IMG/VR virus record: IMGVR_UViG_3300036824_000037
Coordinates: 64,817-128,816 of that record
Reading direction: 5' to 3' (one strand)
DNA: 64,000 bases
DNA from: a virus
Lineage: Duplodnaviria > Caudoviricetes
Below, piece by piece: positions 27,131-35,933 of the stretch (position 1 is its first letter; each line of letters opens with the position of its first letter). The notes beneath the pieces were generated by a model, which saw only the letters and a program-made list of their open reading frames with translations, made no database searches and was not told where the DNA came from. The position numbers were made by a program, and so were the translations under genes.

Positions 27131-27831
27131 TTGGCCCTCCGGCGGTCGGTGCCGCGCAGTTCGACCTGGGTGCACATCGCGGCGAGGCGGGACGCGGTGC
27201 GGTCTCCGATGGCTTTGCGCAGGTCGTCGACCCTCAGGTTGGTGGTGAGGATCATCGGGAGGTTCTGTTCGTAGCGGTGGTTGACCAGCCGGTAGGTGAC
27301 GTCCTCGGTGAACTGGGTGTCTTTGGCGGCGCCGACGTCGTCGAGCAGGAGCAGGTCGAGGTCGGCGTAGCGGGTGAACACCTCGTGGCTGTCGATGCCG
27401 TCGCGGGGGCGCAGTTCGGCGTAGAGGTCGACGGCGGAGGTGCCGCGCCAGCCGATCGGTGGCCGGCCGGATTCGGCGATGAGGCGTAGTGCGCCGTATG
27501 CCTGGTGTGTTTTTCCGGTGCCGGCGTTGCCGAGCAGTAGCAGCGAGCCGCAGGCGGCGCGGTCGGCGATGTAGGCGCGGGCCCAGCGGATCACCTCGGG
27601 GTGGTCGGCGTGGGCGTTGCGGAACAGGGGCGGGGTCCACAGGTGCAGGCAGCGCTGGGCGGTGGCGCGGTTCTGGGCGATGGTTTCGTCGGGGGTGGGT
27701 GGCGCGTCGGGGTTGTGGTCGGGGTCGGGTGTGGTGTCGCGGGCTCGGGCGAACCGGTCGAGCAGGGTTGCGGTGTCGGCCAGGCCGCGGCGCGGGCGGG
27801 GGTCGTCGGCGGGCATCGTGGGGCCTTTCAC
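27127..27831 (-). CDS. DnaC/IstB-like AAA+ helicase loader
   Basis: GNAGTGKT, LLLDDVG, TTNL, SRL. Confidence 0.9.
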   Translation of the reverse strand: MKGPTMPADDPRPRRGLADTATLLDRFARARDTTPDPDHNPDAPPTPDETIAQNRATAQRCLHLWTPPLFRNAHADHPEVIRWARAYIADRAACGSLLLLGNAGTGKTHQAYGALRLIAESGRPPIGWRGTSAVDLYAELRPRDGIDSHEVFTRYADLDLLLLDDVGAAKDTQFTEDVTYRLVNHRYEQNLPMILTTNLRVDDLRKAIGDRTASRLAAMCTQVELRGTDRRRAK

Positions 27832-28700
27832 AGGTTGCCCGCGTAGGGGCGCTCGTCGTCGGGGTCTTCGAGGTACGCCTGATAGCCGCCGGACGCGCGG
27901 GCGTCGTGCGGCTGCTTGGGCTCGTCCTCCCAGCAGCGCTTGTTCAGCCAGGTCGCGGGGAGTTTGGTGTAGGTGGCGTCCTGGCCCTTGCGGCTGATCG
28001 CGTACAGCGCTGCGGCGTCGATGACCAGTTGGGGGTCGGCGCCGACGTCTTCGATCGCCTTGGTCCAGGCGGCTTCGGCTTCGCCGGGGGCCTCGCGTCT
28101 GGGGTATGCGCGGTAGAACTCGTCGAACCGGGGCGCTACGGGGCGGTTGGCTCGCGATCGTGTGCGGCGCTTCGTGGCGGACTGTGCGCCGGAAGAAGAA
28201 GACGAAGTCTTCTTCTTATCTATATCTGTCTCTGTCTCTGTCTCTGCTTCGTTTTGCTTGCCGTTTGCTTCAAGCGAACCCGAAGCACTTGCTTCGTGTT
28301 TTGCTTCACTGCGCCGGGTTGCCCCGGAGGCCTTACCTCCCCGCTGACCTGCGGCTGCGCGCTTCTCGGACAACTCGCGGACCTCGGCTGCGCTGCGCTG
28401 GTGGTCGAGGTAGTCGTGGACCACGTACACGTCGCCGATGCCTTGAGGGCAGTCCTTGCAGTCGTGTGAAGCGGGATGCCACAGATTTGCTTCGAGCAAC
28501 CGCGAAGCAAGTGCTTCGCTTTTGCTTAGGTCCGTCAGGCGCGCCACCATGCGCGCCGGGATCATGCCGTCCGTCAACTGCCGCGAGCAGTAGCAGAGCC
28601 CCGAGACGTACAGCCACGCAGCCTCACCGCCCACCTCGGCGATCTTCGGGTGGTCGGGCAGGCCGTCATGCAGCCGGACGTACGTACGGCGGTCGGCCAT
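27828..28700 (-). CDS. phage replication initiator (lambda O-like)
   Basis: HPK...AAWLY...TDG N-domain, HDYLDHQ, ETETETDID linker, FDEFYRAYPR...PATWLN..WED C-domain. Confidence 0.85.
   Translation of the reverse strand: MADRRTYVRLHDGLPDHPKIAEVGGEAAWLYVSGLCYCSRQLTDGMIPARMVARLTDLSKSEALASRLLEANLWHPASHDCKDCPQGIGDVYVVHDYLDHQRSAAEVRELSEKRAAAGQRGGKASGATRRSEAKHEASASGSLEANGKQNEAETETETDIDKKKTSSSSSGAQSATKRRTRSRANRPVAPRFDEFYRAYPRREAPGEAEAAWTKAIEDVGADPQLVIDAAALYAISRKGQDATYTKLPATWLNKRCWEDEPKQPHDARASGGYQAYLEDPDDERPYAGNL
28196..28530. repeat. phage origin iterons inside the initiator gene
   Basis: Repeated TTGCTTC; exact 16-bp inverted pair at 28281..28296 and 28503..28518; AT-rich (TCTGTC)n tract. Confidence 0.75.
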
Positions 28701-28757
28701 AGGACCGGCGCCTCCTTGCTATGGGTCGATGGGGCGGAGGGCTGCGTTCCGGCGCTC

Positions 28758-28799
28758 GCGCCGGGCGGCTGGTATCTCGCGGGATCAGCCGCCCGGCGC
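28758..28799 (-). terminator. 14-bp perfect stem hairpin upstream of the initiator gene
   Basis: GCGCCGGGCGGCTG-N14-CAGCCGCCCGGCGC. Confidence 0.5.
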
Positions 28800-28811
28800 T
28801 GCGGCGCGCAG

Positions 28812-29153
28812 TCAGGCGGCGACGAGTTCGGCCAGACGGCGGATGGTGTCGGCGGTGAGTGACGGCTCGGCGTACCGCTCGGCGAGGTCCGCGGCCTGGA
28901 GCATCTGGAGCGCGACGAGGCGGGCCTGCTGCGGGGTGAAGTCGTGCGACGGCGACTCGAGCTCGATCAGGCGCACGGTGGGCGGCTCGCCGTCGCACTG
29001 GCTCACGATCACGGGGCCGTCGGTGCCGAAGAATTCGAGCGCGGTGCCGTGCTGGCTGTAGCTGGTGGGGTCGGCGTGCCCCTCGCAGAACGGCGGACAG
29101 GTCGAGAGCCTGTCGAAGATGCCGTTGGGGGCGGGACCGGTAACCTCTGCCAT
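28812..29153 (-). CDS. DUF6907-like protein
   Basis: TCPPFCEGH; DFTPQQARLVA...AAD; paralogue of 4485..4850. Confidence 0.7.
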   Translation of the reverse strand: MAEVTGPAPNGIFDRLSTCPPFCEGHADPTSYSQHGTALEFFGTDGPVIVSQCDGEPPTVRLIELESPSHDFTPQQARLVALQMLQAADLAERYAEPSLTADTIRRLAELVAA

Positions 29154-29242
29154 GTGGCTCACTACTCCCGGTTGCATCGGGTGATGGGCCTAGGCCTCGA
29201 CCAGTGATCTCACCCGCCGGTCGGGGCCGCCCTGACGCTCCG

Positions 29243-29272
29243 AGTCTAGGTTGTGCAACCGTATCTGCACAA
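29243..29272 (-). promoter_or_regulatory. promoter with operator-like palindrome in the spacer
   Basis: TTGTGC-N18-TAGACT on the minus strand; GGTTG-TG-CAACC in the spacer. Confidence 0.55.
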
Positions 29273-29394
29273 GTAAGCTGTGACACATGAACCGAGTCCG
29301 CTTGCTGCACCCAACCGGAGCGCCCCGGCCGCCACGCAACCCCAGCCCGATAGGCCATCTCCACTTGGCCAAGTCCGTGTGCGACCATGTCCCC

Positions 29395-29685
29395 GTGGCG
29401 CGCATCGACCCCGACGACAACGACCCGGCACTCGCCCCCGTGATGGCAGCCGTCGCGGCGCTGACGGATGCCGAAAAGGCGGTTGAGTCGCGTCGTGCTG
29501 AGCTCGGCAAGGCGGTGGCCGAGGCCATCCGCAACGGAGTGAAGCCCGCCGTCCTGGTGCGGAAGACGAAGAAGTCCGCAGAGACCATCCGCACGTGGGC
29601 TCGCGCAAACGGTGTCGATCCCCTGCGGGACCCACGAGGCGCCGCGAAGTCCGCTGCCAAGCACGCCGCGTCCGCCGAGGACTGA
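29395..29685 (+). CDS. small HTH repressor (leaderless)
   Basis: GVKPAVLVRKTKKSAETIRTWAR HTH; GACCAT-N6-GTG. Confidence 0.75.
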   Translation: MARIDPDDNDPALAPVMAAVAALTDAEKAVESRRAELGKAVAEAIRNGVKPAVLVRKTKKSAETIRTWARANGVDPLRDPRGAAKSAAKHAASAED

Positions 29686-29777
29686 CCGGTGCCGCCGAAG
29701 CCGCTGCCCGAGGTCCAGGAAGCTGGCGGCGCGGTCGAGGATTGACCGGTGAATCCCCCCCGTGACCGTTGGGCGCG

Positions 29778-30176
29778 TCACCGTGGACTCCCGGCGGGTT
29801 CACGCGCGGGCCGCAGGCACCCGCCACCCGACCCGACCGCCCGCAGCAGCGCACCCCAGTCCGTCGCCGGCAACCACCGCTTGTCCAGCAGGTGCGCCGT
29901 CCACTCCACCAACTTCGGCCACGACGAGATCTGCTCGACCGCGATCTCGTACGACCCCTCATCCCGGTCCGTCTGGCACGCGTCGTGCAGCATCCGCCAA
30001 TGCGGCACCGACGGAAGCGCGAACAGCGCCTCCCAATCCAGCGAGGGCGTGTCCGGGATCGCGGACTGCGCCGACTCGAGCGCGTTGATCTCCCGGTAGG
30101 GGACGTACAGCGACCCCTGGCCGGCCGGGATGGGCTTCTTGCACGCGTCGCATATGGCGATCAGTTCGTCGGGCAT
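29778..30176 (-). CDS. hypothetical protein
   Basis: CDAC...HDAC...WTAHL..K.W motif; AGGAG RBS. Confidence 0.7.
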   Translation of the reverse strand: MPDELIAICDACKKPIPAGQGSLYVPYREINALESAQSAIPDTPSLDWEALFALPSVPHWRMLHDACQTDRDEGSYEIAVEQISSWPKLVEWTAHLLDKRWLPATDWGALLRAVGSGGGCLRPAREPAGSPR

Positions 30177-30352
30177 GATTCGTCTCCTGATTCGACGGAT
30201 TGGGTAGCGCAGATCAAAGTGACGGTGAGCGTCGACCCGTCGGGGCGGTGCACCCCGAGCCGGTGCGGCTGCGGTTCGAGCCGGCGGCCGTCGGGGGTGC
30301 GGATGACGGGCTCGGAGCACTGCGGGCAGCGCTGCGTCGTGGTTGTGGTCAC
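30161..30352 (-). CDS. small Zn-ribbon protein
   Basis: CPQC; AGGAGGG RBS. Confidence 0.5.
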   Translation of the reverse strand: MTTTTTQRCPQCSEPVIRTPDGRRLEPQPHRLGVHRPDGSTLTVTLICATQSVESGDESCPTN

Positions 30353-30453
30353 CCCTCCTCGCCCCCGTCCGCACCGGGTTCGGCGAGCAGCTCGGCGAGG
30401 CGCGATCCGGCCAACCCGTGCCGATCACGTCCTTCGCTCGCTACGGTGGTCGC

Positions 30454-30789
30454 ATGACGCAGCCCGCCGAGCCGCCCCCGGAGCCGAGCAACGCGGACCT
30501 GCTCGCCGCGATCACGGCCATCGCCACGGCCCAGAGCGAGCAGGGGGCCGCACTCACCGCGCTGACCGGGAAGGTCGACGCCCTCGCCGCGACACAGGCC
30601 GAGCAGGGCGCCGCCCTCACCGCCGTCGCGGGCAAACTCGACGACGTCGAGACCAAGGTCGACCGGCTCGCCGACGACGTCATGGCCGTCAAGGTCGACA
30701 CCGGGTTCATCGACCGGCACATCGCCGACTTCCAGGGCTGGGCGCGGGCGCACCAGGGCAACCCCGACGCGCATAGGCCGGCAGCCTGA
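30454..30789 (+). CDS. coiled-coil protein with 21-aa tandem repeat (leaderless moron)
   Basis: TACGGT-N6-ATG; EQGAALTA repeated with 63-bp period. Confidence 0.75.
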   Translation: MTQPAEPPPEPSNADLLAAITAIATAQSEQGAALTALTGKVDALAATQAEQGAALTAVAGKLDDVETKVDRLADDVMAVKVDTGFIDRHIADFQGWARAHQGNPDAHRPAA

Positions 30790-30794
30790 GGCGG

Positions 30795-31292
30795 TCATGT
30801 GGCCGCGCCCATCTCAATCCGGAACGGCCCGGGCCCCGGGGGTGGGGGCGGCACATCCTTGGCCGCGTACTCCTGCCAGATCCCCGCTTCCTTCAGCAGG
30901 CCGATGACGAGGCGCCCGGCTTCGGTGAACCGCCAGGAGTCGGCGAATGAGGCGTTGCCATTGAGCATCTTGCGCTCGTCGAACGCGACGAGCCCGCGGC
31001 GCATAAGCGCTCCGCTCGACGCCGACCAGGCGCGCGGGAACTGGCCCGGGTCCGCAACCCACGGAGCGCGATAGTGCAAATCGATGAGGCTCAGGCGGCA
31101 CGCTTCGGCGTTCGTGATCCCGAACTCCGCGATTTCCTCGGCAGCCTTCTCCCTCGCCGCACGCCAGGCGTCTCGCACGGCAAGGTCGCGCGCAAGGCGC
31201 TGGTCGAACCACACGAGGGCCTCGATGTGCGCAGCGCGCAGCGACAGGCTGAACGAGGTGCTGGTGACGTGGTTGCGCAGCGCCTGGTTCAT
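30795..31292 (-). CDS. hypothetical protein
   Basis: ALMRRGLV...FTEAGRLV..LL.EAG motif. Confidence 0.65.
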   Translation of the reverse strand: MNQALRNHVTSTSFSLSLRAAHIEALVWFDQRLARDLAVRDAWRAAREKAAEEIAEFGITNAEACRLSLIDLHYRAPWVADPGQFPRAWSASSGALMRRGLVAFDERKMLNGNASFADSWRFTEAGRLVIGLLKEAGIWQEYAAKDVPPPPPGPGPFRIEMGAAT

Positions 31293-31510
31293 GACGCATC
31301 ACCCCGCGCCTGCTGCGTGAGTTCCGCCGCCTGCCGAGCCCGCCGCGCCGCATAGGCGCACGCCGCTGACATCAGCAGCGCCGACGCCGCGTCTACGGCA
31401 CGCCACTGGCGCGGAGCGACGAACAGTGCCGTCACGGCCAGCGCAACCCAGCCGGCGGCGACCACGAGCACGGCCGCCCGCAGTCGGCGAAAAATCACCG
31501 GGGCGTTCAC
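31289..31510 (-). CDS. small two-TM membrane protein
   Basis: Two hydrophobic helices. Confidence 0.6.
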   Translation of the reverse strand: MNAPVIFRRLRAAVLVVAAGWVALAVTALFVAPRQWRAVDAASALLMSAACAYAARRARQAAELTQQARGDAS

Positions 31511-32073
31511 CGGGCGCCGTCCTTCGCGGGCAGCGCCTTGACCTCGGCCGCGCCGTCTATGCCGGTCAGCCCCAGGTCGATCGCGAGCTGGACGAACGCC
31601 GCCATACCCTTGGGCGTCTTGTGCCAGCGCTCGAATGCGAGGACCCGCCCGGCCATCGGCACCACGTGCTCCCGGTGCGCCAACGCCGCGAGCGCGTGCA
31701 CCGCAGCCGGGGCCGCGACGGACTCGATCGGCGCGGGCAGCGAGTAGGAGCCCGTGCGTCGGATCGACGGGAGAACCTCGTGCGCGAGCCACCGCCGGAA
31801 CGGCTTCACCTGAGGCGACCGGCTGATCATCATCAGGGCGTAGACACCGGCCTCGCTCACCAGCGCCATGACCTGCGGGCCGCCAGGGGTGTCCACGGCC
31901 ATGGACACCCTTTCGTCCTCGTCGAGCTGCGCGACCGCGTCGCGGTACTTGCTGACGCCGACGGCCTCGCACGCGTCCTTCGCGACGAACCAGGGCTCGC
32001 CATCAAGGGAGAGCATCCGCACCGGCTGACCTGTGGTGGGGAAGATGAACGGCTGAACCTGGGTCTCGGTCAT
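31507..32073 (-). CDS. BRO-N domain antirepressor-like protein
   Basis: GEPWFVAKDAC ... VSEAGVY ... FRRWL.HEVLPSIRRTGSY. Confidence 0.9.
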   Translation of the reverse strand: MTETQVQPFIFPTTGQPVRMLSLDGEPWFVAKDACEAVGVSKYRDAVAQLDEDERVSMAVDTPGGPQVMALVSEAGVYALMMISRSPQVKPFRRWLAHEVLPSIRRTGSYSLPAPIESVAAPAAVHALAALAHREHVVPMAGRVLAFERWHKTPKGMAAFVQLAIDLGLTGIDGAAEVKALPAKDGAR

Positions 32074-32385
32074 GGCGTCTCCTTCTGGCTGTGCACGGTG
32101 GGGGGAGTGGGCGTGCAGCATTCGGCGACGGGGCTGCCGGTCTGCGGGTCGAACCGGATGAGGGCGTCGCGGGCGTACCCGACGCCGCAGCGCGAGCACA
32201 CCCCGGCGCGTCTGGCGCGTTCCGGACCGGCCGCGTGCACGCCGTCGGGCAGGCGGTAGCGGCCGGGTTCGCGCGGCGGACGGCGGGAGGCCCGGCGGCA
32301 GGACGGTCAGCAGGCGCGCGGGTGCGGGCCGGCAGTCGGCGCAGGACTCGGCCGGGAGATCGTGGATGCAGCGGGGGTCGGTCAC
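32070..32385 (-). pseudogene. Zn-binding protein, frameshifted; paralogue of 32995..33237
   Basis: CIHDLPAESCADC in one frame, CSRCG...DPQTG..VAECC in another. Confidence 0.5.
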
Positions 32386-32675
32386 GGCTCGACCCCCGAA
32401 CCGTCAGCGCCCTGCTCCCACTTGGCGGCCCAGGCTTCGCGCCGCGCCTCGCGCCGCACGATCTCCTCGATCTCCCTGCACCGCTTGATCGCGACGTCCG
32501 CGAAGCGCCACGCGGTGGTGCCGATCACGGCGCAGAGCAGCGCCCCGGGCCACCACTCGCCCAGCAGGCACAGCGCGGCGATCAGTCCGTAGGCGGATGG
32601 CAGCCACCAGCGCGCGAACTCGAAAAGCGGCCGCGCGCGGATCGCGAGGCGCACGATCAGGTCGACGGCGCTCAT
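32382..32675 (-). CDS. small membrane protein
   Basis: Two TM segments. Confidence 0.6.
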   Translation of the reverse strand: MSAVDLIVRLAIRARPLFEFARWWLPSAYGLIAALCLLGEWWPGALLCAVIGTTAWRFADVAIKRCREIEEIVRREARREAWAAKWEQGADGSGVEP

Positions 32676-32998
32676 ACCGGCACCTCTTCCGGCGCCGCCG
32701 TGGCCGCCGGCCACCGCGCCGCAGCGGCCACCCGCGCCTCGCACGCCGCCCACCCGGCCGCGAACAAGTCCCCCTCCGGCAACAGCCCGGCGAGCAGCAC
32801 CGGCACCGGCGCAGCCAGCGCCCGCGCCACCGCGAGCAGGTGCACCGCGCTCAGGTCGCAGCGCCCGCACTCCCAGTTGCTCACGCTCATCCGACTGACC
32901 CCGACCCGGTCCGCGAGCCCGACCTGAGACATCCCGGCGGCGGTGCGGGCGCCCGCGATGTTCGCGCCGATCTTGGCGGCGTCGGTGCGGGCGCTCAC
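32672..32998 (-). CDS. XRE-family HTH regulator
   Basis: ARTAAGMSQVGLADRVGVSRMSVSNWECG. Confidence 0.88.
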   Translation of the reverse strand: MSARTDAAKIGANIAGARTAAGMSQVGLADRVGVSRMSVSNWECGRCDLSAVHLLAVARALAAPVPVLLAGLLPEGDLFAAGWAACEARVAAAARWPAATAAPEEVPV

Positions 32999-33237
32999 CA
33001 GTCCGCCTCCGTGTCGTCGCAGCACTCCGCGACCCAGCCGCCGGTGTCCGGGTCGTGCGTGATCTGCGCGCCGACCGAGAAGGGCTCGCCACAGCCGCGG
33101 CACTGACCGCGGTAAAGCGCGGTGACCGTGGGGCCGGCCGGCCGGGGCGCCCGGCGCGGGGCCTTCGGTTTGGCGGCGTCGGAGCAGTGCGCACACATGT
33201 CGGCGGGCAGCTCGGTGATCTCGCATCGGGTGGTCAC
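32995..33237 (-). CDS. Zn-binding hypothetical protein
   Basis: CEITELPADMCAHC; CRGC; AECC. Confidence 0.65.
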   Translation of the reverse strand: MTTRCEITELPADMCAHCSDAAKPKAPRRAPRPAGPTVTALYRGQCRGCGEPFSVGAQITHDPDTGGWVAECCDDTEADW

Positions 33238-33659
33238 CGCGCACCCCCGGCTGGGGCGAACCGCGTCAGGGTGGGGCGTCCGGGCGTCAGACCGAGCAGG
33301 CGCGGCAGGTCGGCGAGATCCGCGCCCACGATGCGCGCCCAAAGCGCGGCATGGCACACCCGCGGATCCTGCGTCTCCCGGCAGAAGCAGCCGAGCCGTT
33401 TGCCCGGCAGTTCCATCCGTGCCCGGCGCACCAGGCCCGGCTCCTTACGCAGGAACCCGAGATACTCCTCGACCGCGGCCAGCGCGCCGCCGTACTCCTG
33501 GGCGGTGAACTTGTTCGCGTACGGCGAGCACGCCAACCGCCAGCCGCCCATGGTGCAGCGGCGGCCCACGTACACCACGTCTGCGGCGGCGGGCAGGTCG
33601 AGGCGCGGCCCGAACTCGTGGATACGGCCTTTGAGCGAGACCATGCGCGTTTCAGGCAT
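33234..33659 (-). CDS. DUF4326 domain protein
   Basis: VYVGR...SPYANKF...ELPGKRLGCFC...CHA. Confidence 0.85.
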   Translation of the reverse strand: MPETRMVSLKGRIHEFGPRLDLPAAADVVYVGRRCTMGGWRLACSPYANKFTAQEYGGALAAVEEYLGFLRKEPGLVRRARMELPGKRLGCFCRETQDPRVCHAALWARIVGADLADLPRLLGLTPGRPTLTRFAPAGGAR

Positions 33660-33882
33660 GGTCGCAACCCCCGGCCGGCGGGGGTGGGATGACGGTGAAC
33701 CAGTGCGCGGTCAGGCACCCGTCGCAGGTGACCGCGATTTCCTGCGTCTTCGCGCCGGGATCGGCCTCCACCTCGAGCACGGTGATCGTGGCGCAGTCGC
33801 ACAGGAACTCGATCCCGCCGGGAACGGGCCGCACCCACTCCAGTGAACGGCCCGGCGGCAGGTAGGCGCCAGGTTCAGTCAT
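33652..33882 (-). CDS. small Zn-ribbon protein
   Basis: CDC ... CDGC..HW. Confidence 0.55.
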   Translation of the reverse strand: MTEPGAYLPPGRSLEWVRPVPGGIEFLCDCATITVLEVEADPGAKTQEIAVTCDGCLTAHWFTVIPPPPAGGCDHA

Positions 33883-34204
33883 CCGAAGCCGCCGCCTTCA
33901 CGGCGAGCCCGGCGCGCTTGTACGCGAGCAGGTCGAGGATCAGCCGAAGATGCTCGCCCGGTTCCTCGCCCCGGCCCCGCAACTCCTTCTCCAGCGCCTC
34001 GACCGCTTCGACGAGATCACGGAAGTACTGGTAGAAAGTGCCCGCACTCATCCCGCAGCGCGCGGTCACGCGCTGGACCGCCGCCAGGTGCCACGGCGTG
34101 ACCGCGAGGTGCCCGGCGAGCGCGTCAAGCAGTACCTCGCGGGTTTTGACGGCGTCCGGGCCGAGGGTTCGGCGGTCACGGGCGCGCAGGACGGGGGCGG
34201 TCAT
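33875..34204 (-). CDS. TetR-type N-terminal HTH protein
   Basis: TREVLLDA...CGMSAGTFYQYFRD. Confidence 0.8.
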   Translation of the reverse strand: MTAPVLRARDRRTLGPDAVKTREVLLDALAGHLAVTPWHLAAVQRVTARCGMSAGTFYQYFRDLVEAVEALEKELRGRGEEPGEHLRLILDLLAYKRAGLAVKAAASDD

Positions 34205-34392
34205 CGTTCCTCCGGGGTCGAGTCGTCGTCGTCATCGCGGGGGCCGGACGGCAGACCGAGCACACCGAGGAAGATCGCGACGGCGCCCGCCTCCCACCAC
34301 GCGGCGCGGTGCAGCGTCGTGCCCAACATCACCGCGGTCGCGCCGGCGGCGAGCAGCAGCCACAGCGCGATACGCAGGACCGCGCGCCTCAT
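34201..34392 (-). CDS. small two-TM membrane protein
   Basis: Two hydrophobic helices and an acidic tail. Confidence 0.6.
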   Translation of the reverse strand: MRRAVLRIALWLLLAAGATAVMLGTTLHRAAWWEAGAVAIFLGVLGLPSGPRDDDDDSTPEER

Positions 34393-34721
34393 CGACGCCA
34401 CCTCAGGCCCCGCCACCAGCCCACCGGCGGCGGCGCGTCCTCGGCCTTGGGCTCCTCGGCCGGCCGGCCGCCGAGCGGGGCCTGCGGCGCGAGATCGCCG
34501 CTGCACGCGCAGCGCGGGATGGACTCGGGACCGGCGGGCAGCGCCGCGTCGATGTGGGCGACGATCGTCTCGACGGCGAGCGGCGCGAACTTCCTGCCCG
34601 CGGTCTCGTTCACGCGCTGGAGTACCGCGAGCCGCGCCTCCAACTCGCGTTCGCGCCGCCGCAGCCACATCACCTCGGCGCGCAGCTCGAGCACCGTCAT
34701 GTCCGCGACAACACGCGTCAC
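34389..34721 (-). CDS. hypothetical protein
   Basis: Coupled ORF with coiled coil. Confidence 0.55.
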   Translation of the reverse strand: MTRVVADMTVLELRAEVMWLRRRERELEARLAVLQRVNETAGRKFAPLAVETIVAHIDAALPAGPESIPRCACSGDLAPQAPLGGRPAEEPKAEDAPPPVGWWRGLRWRR

Positions 34722-35347
34722 GCCGCGGCCTCCGGGTGTGCCGCGCGGAACGCCTCAAGGTGCGCGTTCTTCAGGCGCCCGTTCACCGCCACGGGGTAGC
34801 CGTGCGACCGCAGCCACGAACGCGCCGTCTCGTCGTACGCGAGGGCGTCCACCGGGGGCCGCGCCGAGGCTCGCGGGGCCGGTACTGCGGCGACGGTGTC
34901 GACCGCCCCGAGTGCCGCCTCGACCTCGGCGAGTTGCGCCCGCAGCTTCTCGGCCCGTCGACGCAGCGTCACCTTCTCGCGGGTGTTGTCCAGCAGCTTG
35001 CCCAGCAGGTCCGCGTCGTGCCGGATGCGGGCCGCTACCGTGCGGATGCGCCTATCCTCGGACCTGTCGGCGCGGGCGAGCAGCACCTCGATCGCGGCCC
35101 GGTCGACCGCCGGCACGGGAGGCGCCGAAGCGGTCGCGACATCCGGCCGCTCGGGTGCGCCGTCGAGCGTCGCGTGGGTGGCCGCGAGTTCGGTGACCTC
35201 GGCGACAGCCAGGCCGGTCTTGCGGGCCGTCTCCTCGATCCCGACTCCGGCTTCGATCAGCCGCCCGGCCTGCCGGCGCAACGTGGCCCAGGCGGCGCTC
35301 TTCAGTTCGGGGCTCGTGGTGTGGCCGTTCTCGGTGATGGTCGTCAT
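34718..35347 (-). CDS. HTH/coiled-coil protein with C-terminal Lsr2-like DNA-binding domain
   Basis: ARSWLRSHGYPVAVNGRLKNAHLEAFRAAH. Confidence 0.75.
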   Translation of the reverse strand: MTTITENGHTTSPELKSAAWATLRRQAGRLIEAGVGIEETARKTGLAVAEVTELAATHATLDGAPERPDVATASAPPVPAVDRAAIEVLLARADRSEDRRIRTVAARIRHDADLLGKLLDNTREKVTLRRRAEKLRAQLAEVEAALGAVDTVAAVPAPRASARPPVDALAYDETARSWLRSHGYPVAVNGRLKNAHLEAFRAAHPEAAA

Positions 35348-35399
35348 CTCGGTTCCTTCCGGGTGGCGGTGATGGCGTGGTCCTCGACGGGCTCGGCGG

Positions 35400-35887
35400 T
35401 CAGTGCCGCCTCTTGCGCCGACCCCGGCGCTCTACGGGCAGCGGCAGGGTCGGCCGGACGGTCGGGGCCTCCTGCGCCGCCGGCAGGGTGAGCGTCGTCG
35501 CCTCGACCGCAGCGAGCAGCGCATCCAGCTCCCGCACCCGGGCCTGGGACCGGTCCAACTCGGTTTGCAGCGCGCCCCGAGCGCCTCGGCCTTGTCGGCG
35601 CGCACCCGCTCCTCGGCCAGGCGCGTCTCGGCGCACACGACATCCGCCGCGAGCGCTGCGGACATGGCGACGGCGAGCCTCAGTTCGCGGCGGAACACCT
35701 TGAGCCGGGCGTGCGCGGCGGCGAGCGCGAGCAGCGCGAGACGGCACGCACCCCAGGCCGCGTCCCGCTGCTCGGTGATGCGCTGGCCAACCTTGATCAG
35801 CGCGTGTAGCTGCTTCTCCGTGTCCGGCATGAGCACGGGGGCGGCGGTGTCGTTGCCGGTGGGGAGTTCTTCGGTGGCGATCGTCAC
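35400..35887 (-). pseudogene. coiled-coil protein with frameshift near 35577
   Basis: 488 bp; ADKAEAL joins ALQTELDRSQ in another frame at a G4 run. Confidence 0.45.
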
Positions 35888-35933
35888 GGTTGCTCTTTGC
35901 CTGTGGAAGGTGATTGGTGGGAAGTAGTGCGGG

